A stretch of 64,000 nt of DNA. Source: Azolla caroliniana. Taxonomy: Eukaryota; Plantae; Polypodiophyta. Of the stretch, positions 12,291 through 23,923 are shown piece after piece. The notes under the pieces are model-generated. The model was not told where the DNA came from. It saw only the letters and a list, made by a program, of their open reading frames with translations, and ran no database searches. The translations under genes and the position numbers were made by a program. Within the stretch, counting starts at the first letter, position 1. Each line of letters starts with the position of its first letter. The DNA lies in the NCBI GenBank assembly GCA_043228905.1, contig JBHGNT010000020.1, forward strand, positions 6,262,001-6,326,000, read 5' to 3'.

Positions 12291-13719
12291 TGGATGCCCG
12301 GCAGTCGGCTTTGATGTGTCTCGGTTTCTTGCAGTAGTTGCAGATTCGGTTGTCCTGGGACTTGCTCCGGCTTCGCTAATTGTTCGACGGTCGGGAAGAA
12401 CTTCTTCCCCGGTTGTTCGATCGGTCGGTTGAACCTTGTACTACGTAAGCTTCATCTTCTGAGTCTTTGGCGAAAGACTTTCTCTGAGCTGCTTCAGTCA
12501 GGATTGCGCTCGTGACTTTGGAGTACTTCACGGCAGTTGTTGAAGCATTGCACACAGTTGTAACGAAAGTTTCCCATGAAGAGGGGAGACTACTCATGAG
12601 TATCATTGCTCTGAGTTCATCCTCAATTGTCGTCCCTTGAGACGAGATTTGGGAGCTTATGCTTTCGTACTCGTTGAGGTGTGCCTGAACCGAATCGGAT
12701 TCTTTCATCTGCAAGTTATGGAGGCGCCAGATCACATACATCTTCGTTGTGGCGACCTTCTTTTCATAAGTTTCCGACAATGTTTTCCAAAGTTCAAAAG
12801 CTGTCGGTTTTGAGCCCGAGTCGGTTTGGTTTCGGATACTTGTTGCTGAACTTGCTCGGAGTGACTCCGGTAACTTGAGGGACAGAACCAATTGGACTTC
12901 CCGAATGTTGCCGAGTCGGAGTGAGCCCGGTTAGCTTCCGATTGTATGCCAAATACCGATTACAAGAAATCGATTGTTTGGGCCGATTCTGCTTCAGATG
13001 ACTACAGCGATGAGAGGGACGGATCCAACTGATCCTCTCGAATGTCAATCAGCCGAATGAAGCACGAATTTGGTTGTTGCCAGGAGACCAATATGCAACG
13101 GGTGGTTATAGCAAGCAGGTGAATAGCGTCTGGTGACCTATTCGGATGTTGTTTAACCGAATGAAGCACGATTGGGTCGGTTGTTGCTCAAGGAGCTCCC
13201 CTCAAGCGGTTACAATCACAAGAACATAGTACAACCGACTGGCTTACTCCAATTTGTGATTTAACACAGTGAGATGCGAGCTTTTTGTTGTTTTTTTTTT
13301 CTTCTCCCTTCTCTGTTCTTCAAAGAAAACGAAAACGGAATGTTGTGTGGTGTACTATGACGGCCGGCAACCGGTTGAAGAACCTCCAATGCTCTGATAC
13401 CAAATGTTGGGGAACAAGGCCGTCAATGTAGAAGTGCAAGCAACATTCGTGATGAAGAAGAACTTGTGTATGCGCATAAGCAAGATAGACACACACACAC
13501 AAACAAACAAACAGAGAGAGGCACAAAGGAATGTTATATTCCAATAGCAACAGTTACAAAGAACAACAACAACAACAACCTTAACTAAAGGTTACAAAGT
13601 CACTTTATATAGTGACTATCTTAAGGCAACTACCCTTTATGCTATTTACAGAAATAGCCCAAACTTGGGTTGTCCAAAGGGACAGTGTGAATACGGCCAT
13701 TATACACTCATATTCGACA
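12291..13719 (-). mobile_element. 5' remnant of a Ty1/copia element: 5' LTR 13405-13719, PBS 13391-13402, leader, gag with CCHC knuckle
   Basis: TGGTATCAGAGC on the minus strand 2 nt inside the LTR end CCAACA; LTR start TGTCGAATA; TATA CTATATAAAG. ORF 12376-12891 is a copia gag (ELWKTLSETYEKK...SSLPSSWETFV), followed by CNYCKKPRHIKADC. Confidence 0.85.
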
Positions 13720-14138
13720 CTCTCTCTCTCACTCATAACATATAACACATAAGTCATCTAATTTATTTATCCATTATCATGTAAATTTGTGCATGCATTT
13801 AAAAGTTAGTGGAACCATCAAGGATCTAAACCAAGGAAGATGGCTTCATCAATGATTTGTTGTAGGTGATATTTATCATGGCATATGATTGAACCTTCCC
13901 TTCTTGAATTGTGTGGGTGCACTTGTAGGCATGTTCTCGATCCCTTCAATGATTAATGTGATCTAGTTCGATGAACTTGTGCATCGAAACATGTGATTGT
14001 GCGGGATACTTGATTTCTATACGTGAATGCTTCTATGACAATAAGGCAATGTGTGCAAGATTGGTGTACGTGCATGAAGCTACAAGTCCATACCTTCATG
14101 GAAACTTTTCCACCTGTAAACTTTCTATTTGTCCAATC

Positions 14139-14211
14139 ACAAGCATCACCCAATGGAAGAGCATCGCATTTTCCGAAATCGGGATGTGTGGATTTGAATC
14201 CCACCGCTTGT
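14139..14211 (+). pseudogene. tRNA-derived sequence (tRNA pseudogene or SINE head)
   Basis: ACAAGC...GCTTGT acceptor-like pairing, CCCAATGGA D-loop-like segment, T arm GTGGA-TTTGAAT-CCCAC. The anticodon arm is irregular. Confidence 0.5.
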
Positions 14212-14661
14212 CAAATCTTCTTTGTATTGTAAAATTCTCTCTAGTGCCCAGGAATGCAAGTTGAAAATTTCTCTATGATCCACATGGGAACGACTTAGTG
14301 ACGGAGCATTGGTCACTCAAAATTCAATGTGAATCCCCACACCACAAAGAGGCAAATCTATGAGTAAATTCTCACTTGGTGCTCAGATTTTTGAGTCAGA
14401 CATTACATTATGTTCCTCGTTATCAATCTGAATCACACAAACAACATGTTCTACACTTTTGTTTTGAAATTTATCGTGATTAAAATACTAAGGTAGTTAT
14501 ATTTTCTATAGATTAAATCAATTTCATAGAGAGGAATACAATCAAGACAATGTTAAAAAAGAGATAACCTTTTACATATGTTGAGAGGGTTTAAGATAAA
14601 GAAAAATATTTGGAGAAATCATTGAATTTCAGCTCGATGACTCTATAATCAACGACAACGT

Positions 14662-16740
14662 TGTCGTGATGTGGCATGCTCCAGAGTGGGAAAAACCAGC
14701 AAAAGGGGGGGGTCAAAATGTGCATGTGCAATGTGTGTGCACACAAAGGCGATTTATTGTGTATATGCAAAATAAAAGGGAAAAGAAAGCGTGGAAAGGA
14801 GGTATAGAAGTTCGTGCAAAAAGTAAGAGAGAGGAGAGGTAAAAGGTAGAGGGGAGACAGGCTAGGATTTTTTAGAAATAGAATTATACATTATATAAGA
14901 GAGAGTTAATGAGTTAGTGGATAGTTATATTGACTTCTACCTAGAGGTGCATGGTTCAAAACTAGTCTTACAATGCAACGTGATTTAAGGAATTTTATTC
15001 CTTTTTCATTGAAGACAAAATTGGTGACCTCCCTTCTTTTTTTCCTATAAAAGGAGGTCGAGGGGGGCTCATTCGGGAGGACGTTTTGGGAGGAGGAAAT
15101 TATCGCCAATTTTCCTTCGAAGCTCTTCATCTTCTTATTCACCACTTCTCTTCATCTCATACCCCTTCATCCCCCCATCGCCACGTGATCGTCTTCTTCG
15201 TGTCGGCACTCAAAGTGCTCGTGAGCCCAAGCTTCGTTGGTTCGTCATTGCAAGCCCGTGTGCTCGCCATTCGGGTGGTCGTGGTTCGTTGGGATTGGCA
15301 TTTTGGTGGTGCTCGTGTGTTCATCTTCACCGTGTTCGGATTTGCTTTTGTCTCTAAGGGCATTTAATATTTATGTTTTGATTGAGCTTGTGGTTAACTA
15401 TAAGTTGCCATTGTAAACAAAACCCTATTTTATAAAGGGTCCTCTTGCGTTGGAATCGAACACGTATTTATCTCTTTGGTTGATATCATTCGTGTTTCTT
15501 TCTCTCTTTCTTTCTTTATTTGTGTCTTCCTTGTACGTTTGGCCGTCTTGTGACGAGAGAGCGTTTCGGGCGTGCCCATGCACCTCTCCTCCTCATAAAG
15601 ACGTACGAGCATTTGTGCGTGTGTTTATGTCTTCCGTGTATGTTCGGCCATCTTATAACGAGGGGACCGTTCGGGCTTGCCGATGCATCTCTCTTCCTCA
15701 TAAAGACGTACGAGCATTTGTGAGTGTGTTGGTGTCTTCCGTGTACGTTCAGCTGTCTTGTGACGAGGGGACCGTTCGGGCTTGCCCATGCACCTCTCAT
15801 CCTCATAAAGGCGTACGAGCATTTTGTGCGTGTGTTTGTGTCTTTCTTGTACGTTCGGCCGTCTTGTGACGAGGGAACCGTTCGGGCTTGCCCATGCACC
15901 TCTCCTCCTCATAAAGGTGTACGAGCATTTGTGTGTGTGTTTGTGTCTTCCTTGTACGTTCGGTCGTCTTGTGACGAGGGAACGTTTCGAGCGTGCCCAT
16001 GCACCTCTCCTCCTCACAAAGACGTACAAGCATTTGTGTGTGTGTTTGTGTCTTCCTTGTACGTTCGGCCATCTTGTGACGAGGGACTGTTTCGGGCTTG
16101 CCCATGCACCTCTCCTCCTCATGAAGGCGTACGAGCATTTTGTGCGTGTGTTTGTGTCTTCCTTGTACGTTCGGTCGTCTCGTGACGAGGGAGCGTTCGG
16201 GCTTGCCCATGCACCTCTCCTCCTCATAAAGGCGTACGAGCATTTTGTGTGTGTGTTTGTGTCTTCCTTGTACGTTCGGCCGTCTTGTGACAAGGGGGCG
16301 TTTCGAGCGTGCCCATGCACCTTTCCTCCTCATAAAGGCGTATGAGCATTTGTGCATGTGTTTTGTGTCTTCCTCGTACGTTCGACGTCTTGTGACGAGG
16401 GAGCTTTCGGGCGTGCCCATGCACCTCTCCTCCTCATAAAGACGTGCGGACTTTCGTGTTTGTGTTATTGTCCCCTTGTGCGTTCATGTTTCGTGCTCAT
16501 CTTGCTTGTACCCGTTTGGTCACTTGGCTCGTGCGGTGATCTCGGAAGGTCGATGAGTCGTGATCAACGAGAGCCACCGGCCTCACAGAACAAAGGGCAA
16601 CGAGACCTTGCTCGGGAAGGGGTCGGGAAGTAGTATTGTCGTAAAGCAAACCTTGGCTCTTCTCTATCCCTTGAGTACTCCCTAGTCCAAGACCCCCGTG
16701 GTCCCACCCAAGTAACACACGTGCGCGAAACTTCGCGACA
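14662..16740 (+). mobile_element. Solo LTR of the Ylt1-like gypsy family (LTR C, ~2.08 kb, enlarged by an internal tandem array)
   Basis: Starts TGTCGTGATG and ends CTTCGCGACA (5-bp terminal inverted repeat). TATA CCTATAAAAGG near 15045. U5 end (CCAAGACCCCCGTGGTCCCACCCAAG) matches the LTR ending at 39838. Flanks are ACGT and ACAT. Confidence 0.85.
15519..16450 (+). repeat. Tandem array of 9 units of ~105 bp inside LTR C
   Basis: Approximate consensus TTTGTGTCTTCCTTGTACGTTCGGCCGTCTTGTGACGAGGGRNCGTTTCGGGCTTGCCCATGCACCTCTCCTCCTCATAAAGRCGTACGAGCATTTGTGYGTGTG. Unit starts near 15519, 15624, 15729, 15835, 15940, 16045, 16151, 16256 and 16361. Confidence 0.95.
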
Positions 16741-16744
16741 ACAT

Positions 16745-17150
16745 CCCCTTTTGTCATTGTAGGAATCCTGTACACTTTCCTAGTTACGTGGTTTATTGAG
16801 TTTTTGTCGAACCGTGGGCATTCAAGCTCCCAAAAGAACAAACCCGACAATGAGATCTCTTGTTGTTTTTGAACCCTTGATCTTATTGTTCAAGTGGTTA
16901 GCTCTTGCCAACTTATTGTTGGTTGACATCCAAGAGGCCTTTGCTCACATTTCTTGCTTTTGGAAAAGGGTGTCGATGTTGTTTGCCAAATTGGCATGCC
17001 TCACATACTCCATCGATTCCCTTTTCTTTGAAGGTAGGGTGCCCAATGAGGACTCCTTTTGATTGCATCCCCTTGAGTTTTTGGAGGTTGATGTGGCCGA
17101 TTCTCTTGTGCCACAACTCTATATCCGTGTCATGTTTGTGTTGCTTCTAG
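16745..17150 (-). pseudogene. Old copia integrase N-terminal (GAG-pre-integrase/HHCC) fragment
   Basis: ORF 16913-17116 WHKRIGHINLQKLKGMQSKGVLIG...CEACQFGKQHRHPF. Confidence 0.8.
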
Positions 17151-20100
17151 CTATGTCTTCAACCAGAATCTTAACCTGCCATAAACTTGAGAACTATAGG
17201 TCTAATTCTTCTTGAGAATCTTAGCACTTTTCTTCTTGCACACACACCATATCACAACACCATTGCATGAGAACTACAGGTCTAATTCTCGAACTATTTA
17301 CAACTTCATCATATGCCTTGAGTAAGAGGTGCATCTGTGATGATACTATGCAAATCCTCTAAGGGATAGTAGATGCATTATTTATATAATCATTCATTTA
17401 TTATTAACCATTTTGGGCTTGCTCTTTGATATATAAATCTTTTTAAGACATAAAATATTACATCCATTACATGTTAACAAGAATTGCAAACTCACTTGAG
17501 AAGAATTAATCAACATCACTTGCATACAAAAGCGCGAATTTTTTTTGTGTATTGTTATTGAAAGAGGGTGCATGTATGTTTTGGTTTAGAAATTAAGACT
17601 AGTCATGAATTTCACCTCTTTGAATGAAATTTTTGATGTTTGTACGAGACATCTCCTCATAATTAGGATATAGTTTTGGCGATATTCTTTAACATCACCT
17701 CTCTTAGAGGCTGCAATTGAATTGAATAATTTTTTTATGTGTCTACCGAATGTCATTTTGTTTTGATGTGCCCCAATGCATCAATATTTACTTTCTTGGT
17801 TATAAGGAACACAAGTATTGAAGTTGCCTTCGAAATGAATAAAATTAATTGTTTTCTCAATGCTCAAGGGTGGAAAGCAAAAGCAAGGCATTTTTTTTGG
17901 AAAAAAGAAAGAAAGCAAAAAAGCAAGACTCGAAAGAAGTTACAAAGGACCACAACCACAATACATATTTATCCATATGATTTTATTTTTAATATTCTAA
18001 TGTTATATATATTAAATGTATAATGATTGAAAAAGGTTGTTATAAGGTGGTGCTATATGATGTCTTATTTAATCTTAATTTTTTCGTACCAGGTGAGACT
18101 TCGAAGTAGGATGGAATCAAAAGCATCTTATCTTGATGCATGACAATATATTCGTGTGGACAAGTAATATTGATGAGTACTAGCATAATAATTTAAGGAA
18201 GAGATTCTAGCATGTTCTAATATTGTTATTGCTTCTCATGTTTCCTCAATAGATTGGCCAAAGAGTCTTGAGATGGGGTCTCAAAGGTATACATAGTGTT
18301 TATGGAAGTTGGTCTAGAGTCTCTTTGCAGGGGTAGCATAATATATTGTCGTTGGCATTCGTGAAGTGTATGTGTGAGAGAGAGGGACTTTGTTTCGGAA
18401 AGAATGGAATTCATCACCTTTTATTTCTCAACCTCGAAACTAGCACTTATGTTTTTTGGTTCAATTTTGTCACATCAACTAGATCGTATCAGCAAGACTC
18501 ACTCAACAAGAAGAACGGAGAAGGAGACAAAAGTAAAATGTGGTTGTGACAAGCAGGTAAAAAAAAGGTTGCCAAGTTGTGATTTGCCACACATTAATAA
18601 AAATGTGAGAATTGGAGAGCTTATTGAATGTAACGTATTTTGAGATTCAAACTACGCAAATAATATTTAAACTTTACTCTCGTATGTTGAATGAACGGCC
18701 AAAAAATCACATGTTCATATGATTGCCACCTCATTTTGGTTCGCTTTATTTTCTGATAAAGTTTATCTAAATGAAGGCCAAAGTATGACGAAATATGGCT
18801 AAGGTGTAGTTCATAGGGGAAGATTCACAAAAGGAAGGGTTTTATTTCCACTTTGCTTGTTGCCATTCACATAGTGGCAAACATGCTTGTTAGATATTAT
18901 TTCTAATGTAAGCATAAGTCGAGGGAATAAATGATATATAGTAAAAAGAAAGAGATAGAATGAAGGGTGTCAATCCACTTGACCATCCCCGAGCGAAGGG
19001 ATCGAGTTAGACTTGAGCCTTAAACAACGTCCCATACCACTGCCATGGCATCGAGTTGTACTTGGTACTAGCCTGTGCTCACCACAAGAGTTTGTTCACC
19101 ACAATATCACAATCTCAATGTAATCGAATAAAAATTATTCAACACATGAGGATAAATTATGGTTATAACCTATGCCCATAACAACATTGGCCAAACTAAT
19201 CACAGGCCTACCCTTCTCACAATTGAAGTTGGTCTTCCACATGTCACAATCTCCCATTTTCAATCCACATCAAATTATCTGAAGATCCCTCTCAGTATTG
19301 CCTAATAGGGGACCTTGGAAGCTTCTATTAACGTCATCGCCCTCATTGGAATCATCACGCCACTTCACTTTCATGTTGCTTTAAGGAACCTCTACATCCC
19401 CTTCCTATCAACACATTGATTTATAGTTCACACATCGATGTATTTGCCTTTGTTCTCTATAATACGAGGTCCACGAATATTCCAAGCTAAGCAAGAACAA
19501 GTGCCATTGTTGAAAATATAAATCAAATTAATGCACAAGAGTTTCCTTTTGTAATCAATGATAAAATGCTCCAAAAATTCAAATATAGAGTTCATTAGGT
19601 GTTATCAAATCTCTATACATACATAATGCATAGCTTATGTCCAGTGGTACAATATTTCAATACAAACAAAAAATATTTTTGATATCTATTAGTCACTCCT
19701 TACTTGTGAAGGAGTTCAAGTTGGCTAGACACTTAATAAATTAGGTTTACTTCCTGTATTTGGAAATTTCAATTGAGCATATGCACATATTATATATATC
19801 CCGCACTAGTTCAAACCAATGGTAGTAATATATTGTGAGTAGATGTTGGTATACATATCAATGTGTATGAGGAACAAATTCGCCACAATTTGGTCAAATT
19901 TGCTTTTCATACATGAAATAATAAGAAATTATGTGAAAACTCTATAAGCTCACATATTCTATACATACTACTTTCATATCTTTACAGATATTTCCAAATG
20001 CGAATCTCGACCAGCCTAGTTTTATTTGAGCGTTTTAACATATGTAGCGGTATGGGGCCCACCCTCATAGACCCATGCCCACTCCGAACATACATGTTGT

Positions 20101-21363
20101 GGCATGTGGACAAATACTACACAATGCACGCACATCTCCACACGCGAGAGATCGATCGGCTCGACACCACCTACCCATGGAATGGATGGATGGATGGATG
20201 GAAGGTGCACGTGTGAACGCACTTAAGGCCGGCCGAAGAAGAAGATGAAGAAGAAGAAGGCAGAGGCTAGAGCTTCTAAGTATGTAAATTGGAAACATTT
20301 AGCGCCAAAATTTGGGGGATGAACCAAAAGTCAAAAACGATGACAATAGTAGTAAATACTTCATTTATTGGGGGTTTTTTGGGACGTAATCAATTAAATA
20401 ATTAATTTAATTGATGATGGATGATTGATTGAAATTGAATAAATTGTTCTTCTCATATTTATTTATTTATTTATTTATTTGGGGGGGGGGGAGAGGATTC
20501 CTGCAGCAGCGGCGCGCGCCAAAATAAATCTTCATTATTTATTATCATCATTTATTTTAAAAGCAAAGAATGATAATTATAATAATAGTATTAAAGCATC
20601 TGTAATTAAATTGCTCTTTCCTGCTCGAAAAACAAATCAAGCCAATCGATTATTTCAATTTTTGGTTGTGTCTTACCTACAAAAAAAAAGGGAAATCAGA
20701 TGGCTTCCAACCTATTTCTCGAATTACTTTATATATAATAAATTCAGGAATATTTGTTATTTGAGAAAACAGGGGTTCTTTTTTTGGGGGTGGGGGGGTG
20801 TAAGGGGGATAACGTGTGTGTGTGATTGGCCGGTTTCACACTTCAACACTTTAATGTCCCACCCCATCACTTTAATGTTCCATCATTTTTCCAATCTAAA
20901 AACTAATAATATCAATCTGTACATATTGCTTATAGACAGATAGTTTATGCTGCTGCTTCTTACTCTTCCAAATTCCAATCAATACATACATATATCTATA
21001 CACATATTAACTAGTAGCATTACACATTTACTGCATTCTTTAATATATATAAATGATTTAATTTCTCTCCCCTTTCATGAGCACCCCTACCCCCACCCCC
21101 ACCCCCCAATAAACCAAAATTAAAAAACAACAATCAATTTACACACCAATTCAATAGCCAATTTTGTGAGTGACTCGACTCTTTCATTGCCCCTTGCGTT
21201 GTATTGCTTTAATTCTAGTGGTATGGAAGTCAACCATCATTTACATTTTGTCGAAGTCGTACGTACACACCCCATTGTGGCTGGCACAACCCCCCGAATC
21301 ACTTGACAAACATTACCAACATATTTTCGTGTTCTCTCGCCTTGCAATGTTGGGAACACATAA

Positions 21364-21393
21364 CATACATACATACATACATACATACATACA

Positions 21394-21422
<29 letters not shown>
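21364..21422. repeat. (CATA)n microsatellite
   Basis: About 14 consecutive CATA units. Confidence 0.95.
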
Positions 21423-21427
<5 letters not shown>

Positions 21428-22594
21428 CATAGGAGTGAGTGCACATTGTACAACGTAATCATTGATTGCCTAAAAAGAACCTTGATGCTTTAGAAAACCG
21501 AAAAATGTGTCTTCTAATCCAGCTTCGAAAGAGGAATTTGGTATCAACATGCAATCCAATCTATTATTAGAGTGTGATGCGTAATAGAGCCTTGCCTGAG
21601 AACAAAAACTTGCAACTCAAATCACAGAAGTGCATGATTGGAATCAATGGCTGATAATACTTAACCTTTACCACCTCGTCACTTAAAGCTTCAATTTCAG
21701 AATTTTCAAGATGGAATGCATGTTGTCTCGCGATTCGTGTGATTTATGTTGTGATGTGTCGTAATCAATCTCAACATTTATCACATGTGTGTCCATGTCA
21801 AACATTAACCCAATATCCAACACGATGAATGCTAGAGATGATTGCCAACTTTATTCACCCCACTCACACACCCACGAATCATACAAGGAGAACCCATGTA
21901 AATTTTTGTAACATCATATGGCACAAGCACAATATATACAAACTTCTTATAACTTCAAACAACTCCTATATGCACACATATTTCACTCATTTAACTATCC
22001 AATGCATATTATTCCCCATAACATAAACAAATGTTTCAATGTCACGCATACACAACCATGGGTCACGTCTCCTTTACAATAGTTCTGGAGTTGGTATTCC
22101 AACTATACAATATCAACATAGCCAATCAGCAACATTCTTCTTTGAGAATCTTAGAGCACGCCAATTTGAGAAAGTCATATCATTGCATAACTACAATGCA
22201 ACCCCACTTGCAGGAAGAATTTTCACCTTGAAGCCACGTCAAGAGCCCTTGATGCTACATTGATTGCATACTTTGAATTTTCTTGAAAGCTCCATGTGCA
22301 TACACTTAAAGAAGTTGAGTGTCAAACTATGGGGTGCCCATACCAATTGCTTTCAAGCATAAAATCAACATTTAATGCTTACAATTTGGCATACTTTGGG
22401 GGCAATTTGATCATGCTTATTCGGGGAAGTGAATGCAACTCATTATTTATGTGTAAGGCATTGCCTAAAGACAACTTGGAGATAAGTCGAACACACACAT
22501 TTATGAATTATGCAATAGAGGTTCGACCCTCCTCTCGTAGAAGTAGGAAAAATAGAGTGAGCCGTGTTCAATTTTGATGTTGGGTATGTATGTG

Positions 22595-22596
<2 letters not shown>

Positions 22597-22641
<45 letters not shown>
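22597..22641. repeat. (TG)n microsatellite
   Basis: About 22 TG units. Confidence 0.95.
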
Positions 22642-22643
<2 letters not shown>

Positions 22644-23509
22644 TCACTATACCTTCAACAATTAGTCGTAGGCCTCAACATGAGGTGAGAACACACAAAA
22701 CATGCTAATATACACAATGATCCATTGGATAATGCCTCCTCTAAGAGTAGATGGGGGAGGGAATGTTTGGAAGTGGAAGGTCTCGTAGGATTTGAAAATC
22801 ATTCTATTTACCGCGAGGGAAAGAGCCCACTTGAGCTCACCCTAGCTCCTCTATCAATATTATGTATGAGTTTTTGAAGTGGCAAACAATACCTTATTAT
22901 GGTGACACTGGCAACTCCACAAATGGTGTAATAAGAGGGATATGGCACTTATTTTACACCTTGGCATACGACATGCATGCACTTTTTCAAACCCTCACCA
23001 CCTACATTATCATATCCGCAAACAACATCCATTGTAATGTGTGTTCTAATGTTATTAGGAGCTTCGTGTAGGTGCGGCTTTGCATACACACCTGGTCAGA
23101 GTGGAGAGCAAGGCAATTACTTCTTGTGCATTCAAAGCCCCCCTTCTTTTCAAAACCATATTTGTATGTGAGAAACTCAAGACACTCAAATTCTCACGTA
23201 TGCTCATTCTCTACGGTCTTCGGCATAGATAAATATTGACATATGCGTGGAACATTGGCACTAACACAACCGAACATATGTATGTATGTTATATAAGTCT
23301 ATCAAGTGGCTTCGAAGGAGCTCAGGCTATTTTGGGGCGATGTCAATTGAATTGAGAGTTGGAGAAGGTGAGGAAGAATGGGGGGGGGGGGCATGCAGGT
23401 ACGTTTTTTTGAGCCACAAAGGGGACGGATGGATACAATCCCGGGCCAGTGCTTGCATGCCTACATACACACACACACATGGGACGAACCGAACAAATGA
23501 GCAAGTTGT

Positions 23510-23610
23510 GTGCATGCATGCATACAAATACATACATACATGCATGCATACATCCATCCATCCATACATACATACATGCAGGTATACATACATGCATGCA
23601 TGCATGCATA
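23510..23610 (+). promoter_or_regulatory. CATG/CATA low-complexity tract with several RY-like (CATGCATG) motifs upstream of KCS
   Basis: TGCATGCATGCAT at ~23511, CATGCATGCA at ~23539 and CATGCATGCATGCATGCA at ~23591. A regulatory role is inferred only. Confidence 0.3.
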
Positions 23611-23923
23611 GATGAAGAGAAGGTGCTCTTTGTCTCCTTCTCCATTTACTTAATATTATTATTGGGCTACCCTCCCTACCCTAAAACCCAAAGCAAAAAG
23701 CAAACTAAAGAAAAGAAAGTCTCTTCTTCTTCCTCCTCCTCCTCTGTGTCCCCCTCCCCCCCCCCCCCCCTCTTCTTCTGCTTTGCTTTCATCCTAACTG
23801 TCTCTCTGCATCTTCTTCTTCTTCTTCTTCTTCTTCCAAGCAAGGAAGCTTTGCGTTGTCTCTTTCTCTTTCTCTGTGTCCGTGTCTGTAACTCTTTCTT
23901 TGTGTTTCCTTCTCCTTTCAGTT

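Noticed and set aside
310-13719. Idea that the copia 3' remnant (310-1759) and 5' remnant (12291-13719) are one element
   Set aside because: Their LTR starts are unrelated (TGTTGAGAGACAAG versus TGTCGAATATGAG).
8381-14211. Functional tRNA genes
   Set aside because: Acceptor or D stems are degenerate in every case, so they are reported only as tRNA-derived modules.
15430-16439. Many overlapping repetitive ORFs on both strands
   Set aside because: By-products of the tandem array, with frame changes between units and no protein motif.
15519-16450. CRISPR array or functional hammerhead (retrozyme) interpretation of the 105-bp array
   Set aside because: There are no unique spacers and no cas genes, and the context is eukaryotic. 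The essential hammerhead CUGA core reads TTTA or TTCA in the units.
20065-20525. Small ORF with a hydrophobic N-terminus and nearby E2F-like GCGCGCCAAA motif
   Set aside because: The hydrophobic run comes from a (CTT)n microsatellite, and a single short motif is not sufficient evidence.
23876-23923. GTG start for KCS given by the ORF track
   Set aside because: For a eukaryotic gene the first ATG (23924) is preferred; the upstream part looks like a polypyrimidine tract and splice acceptor.
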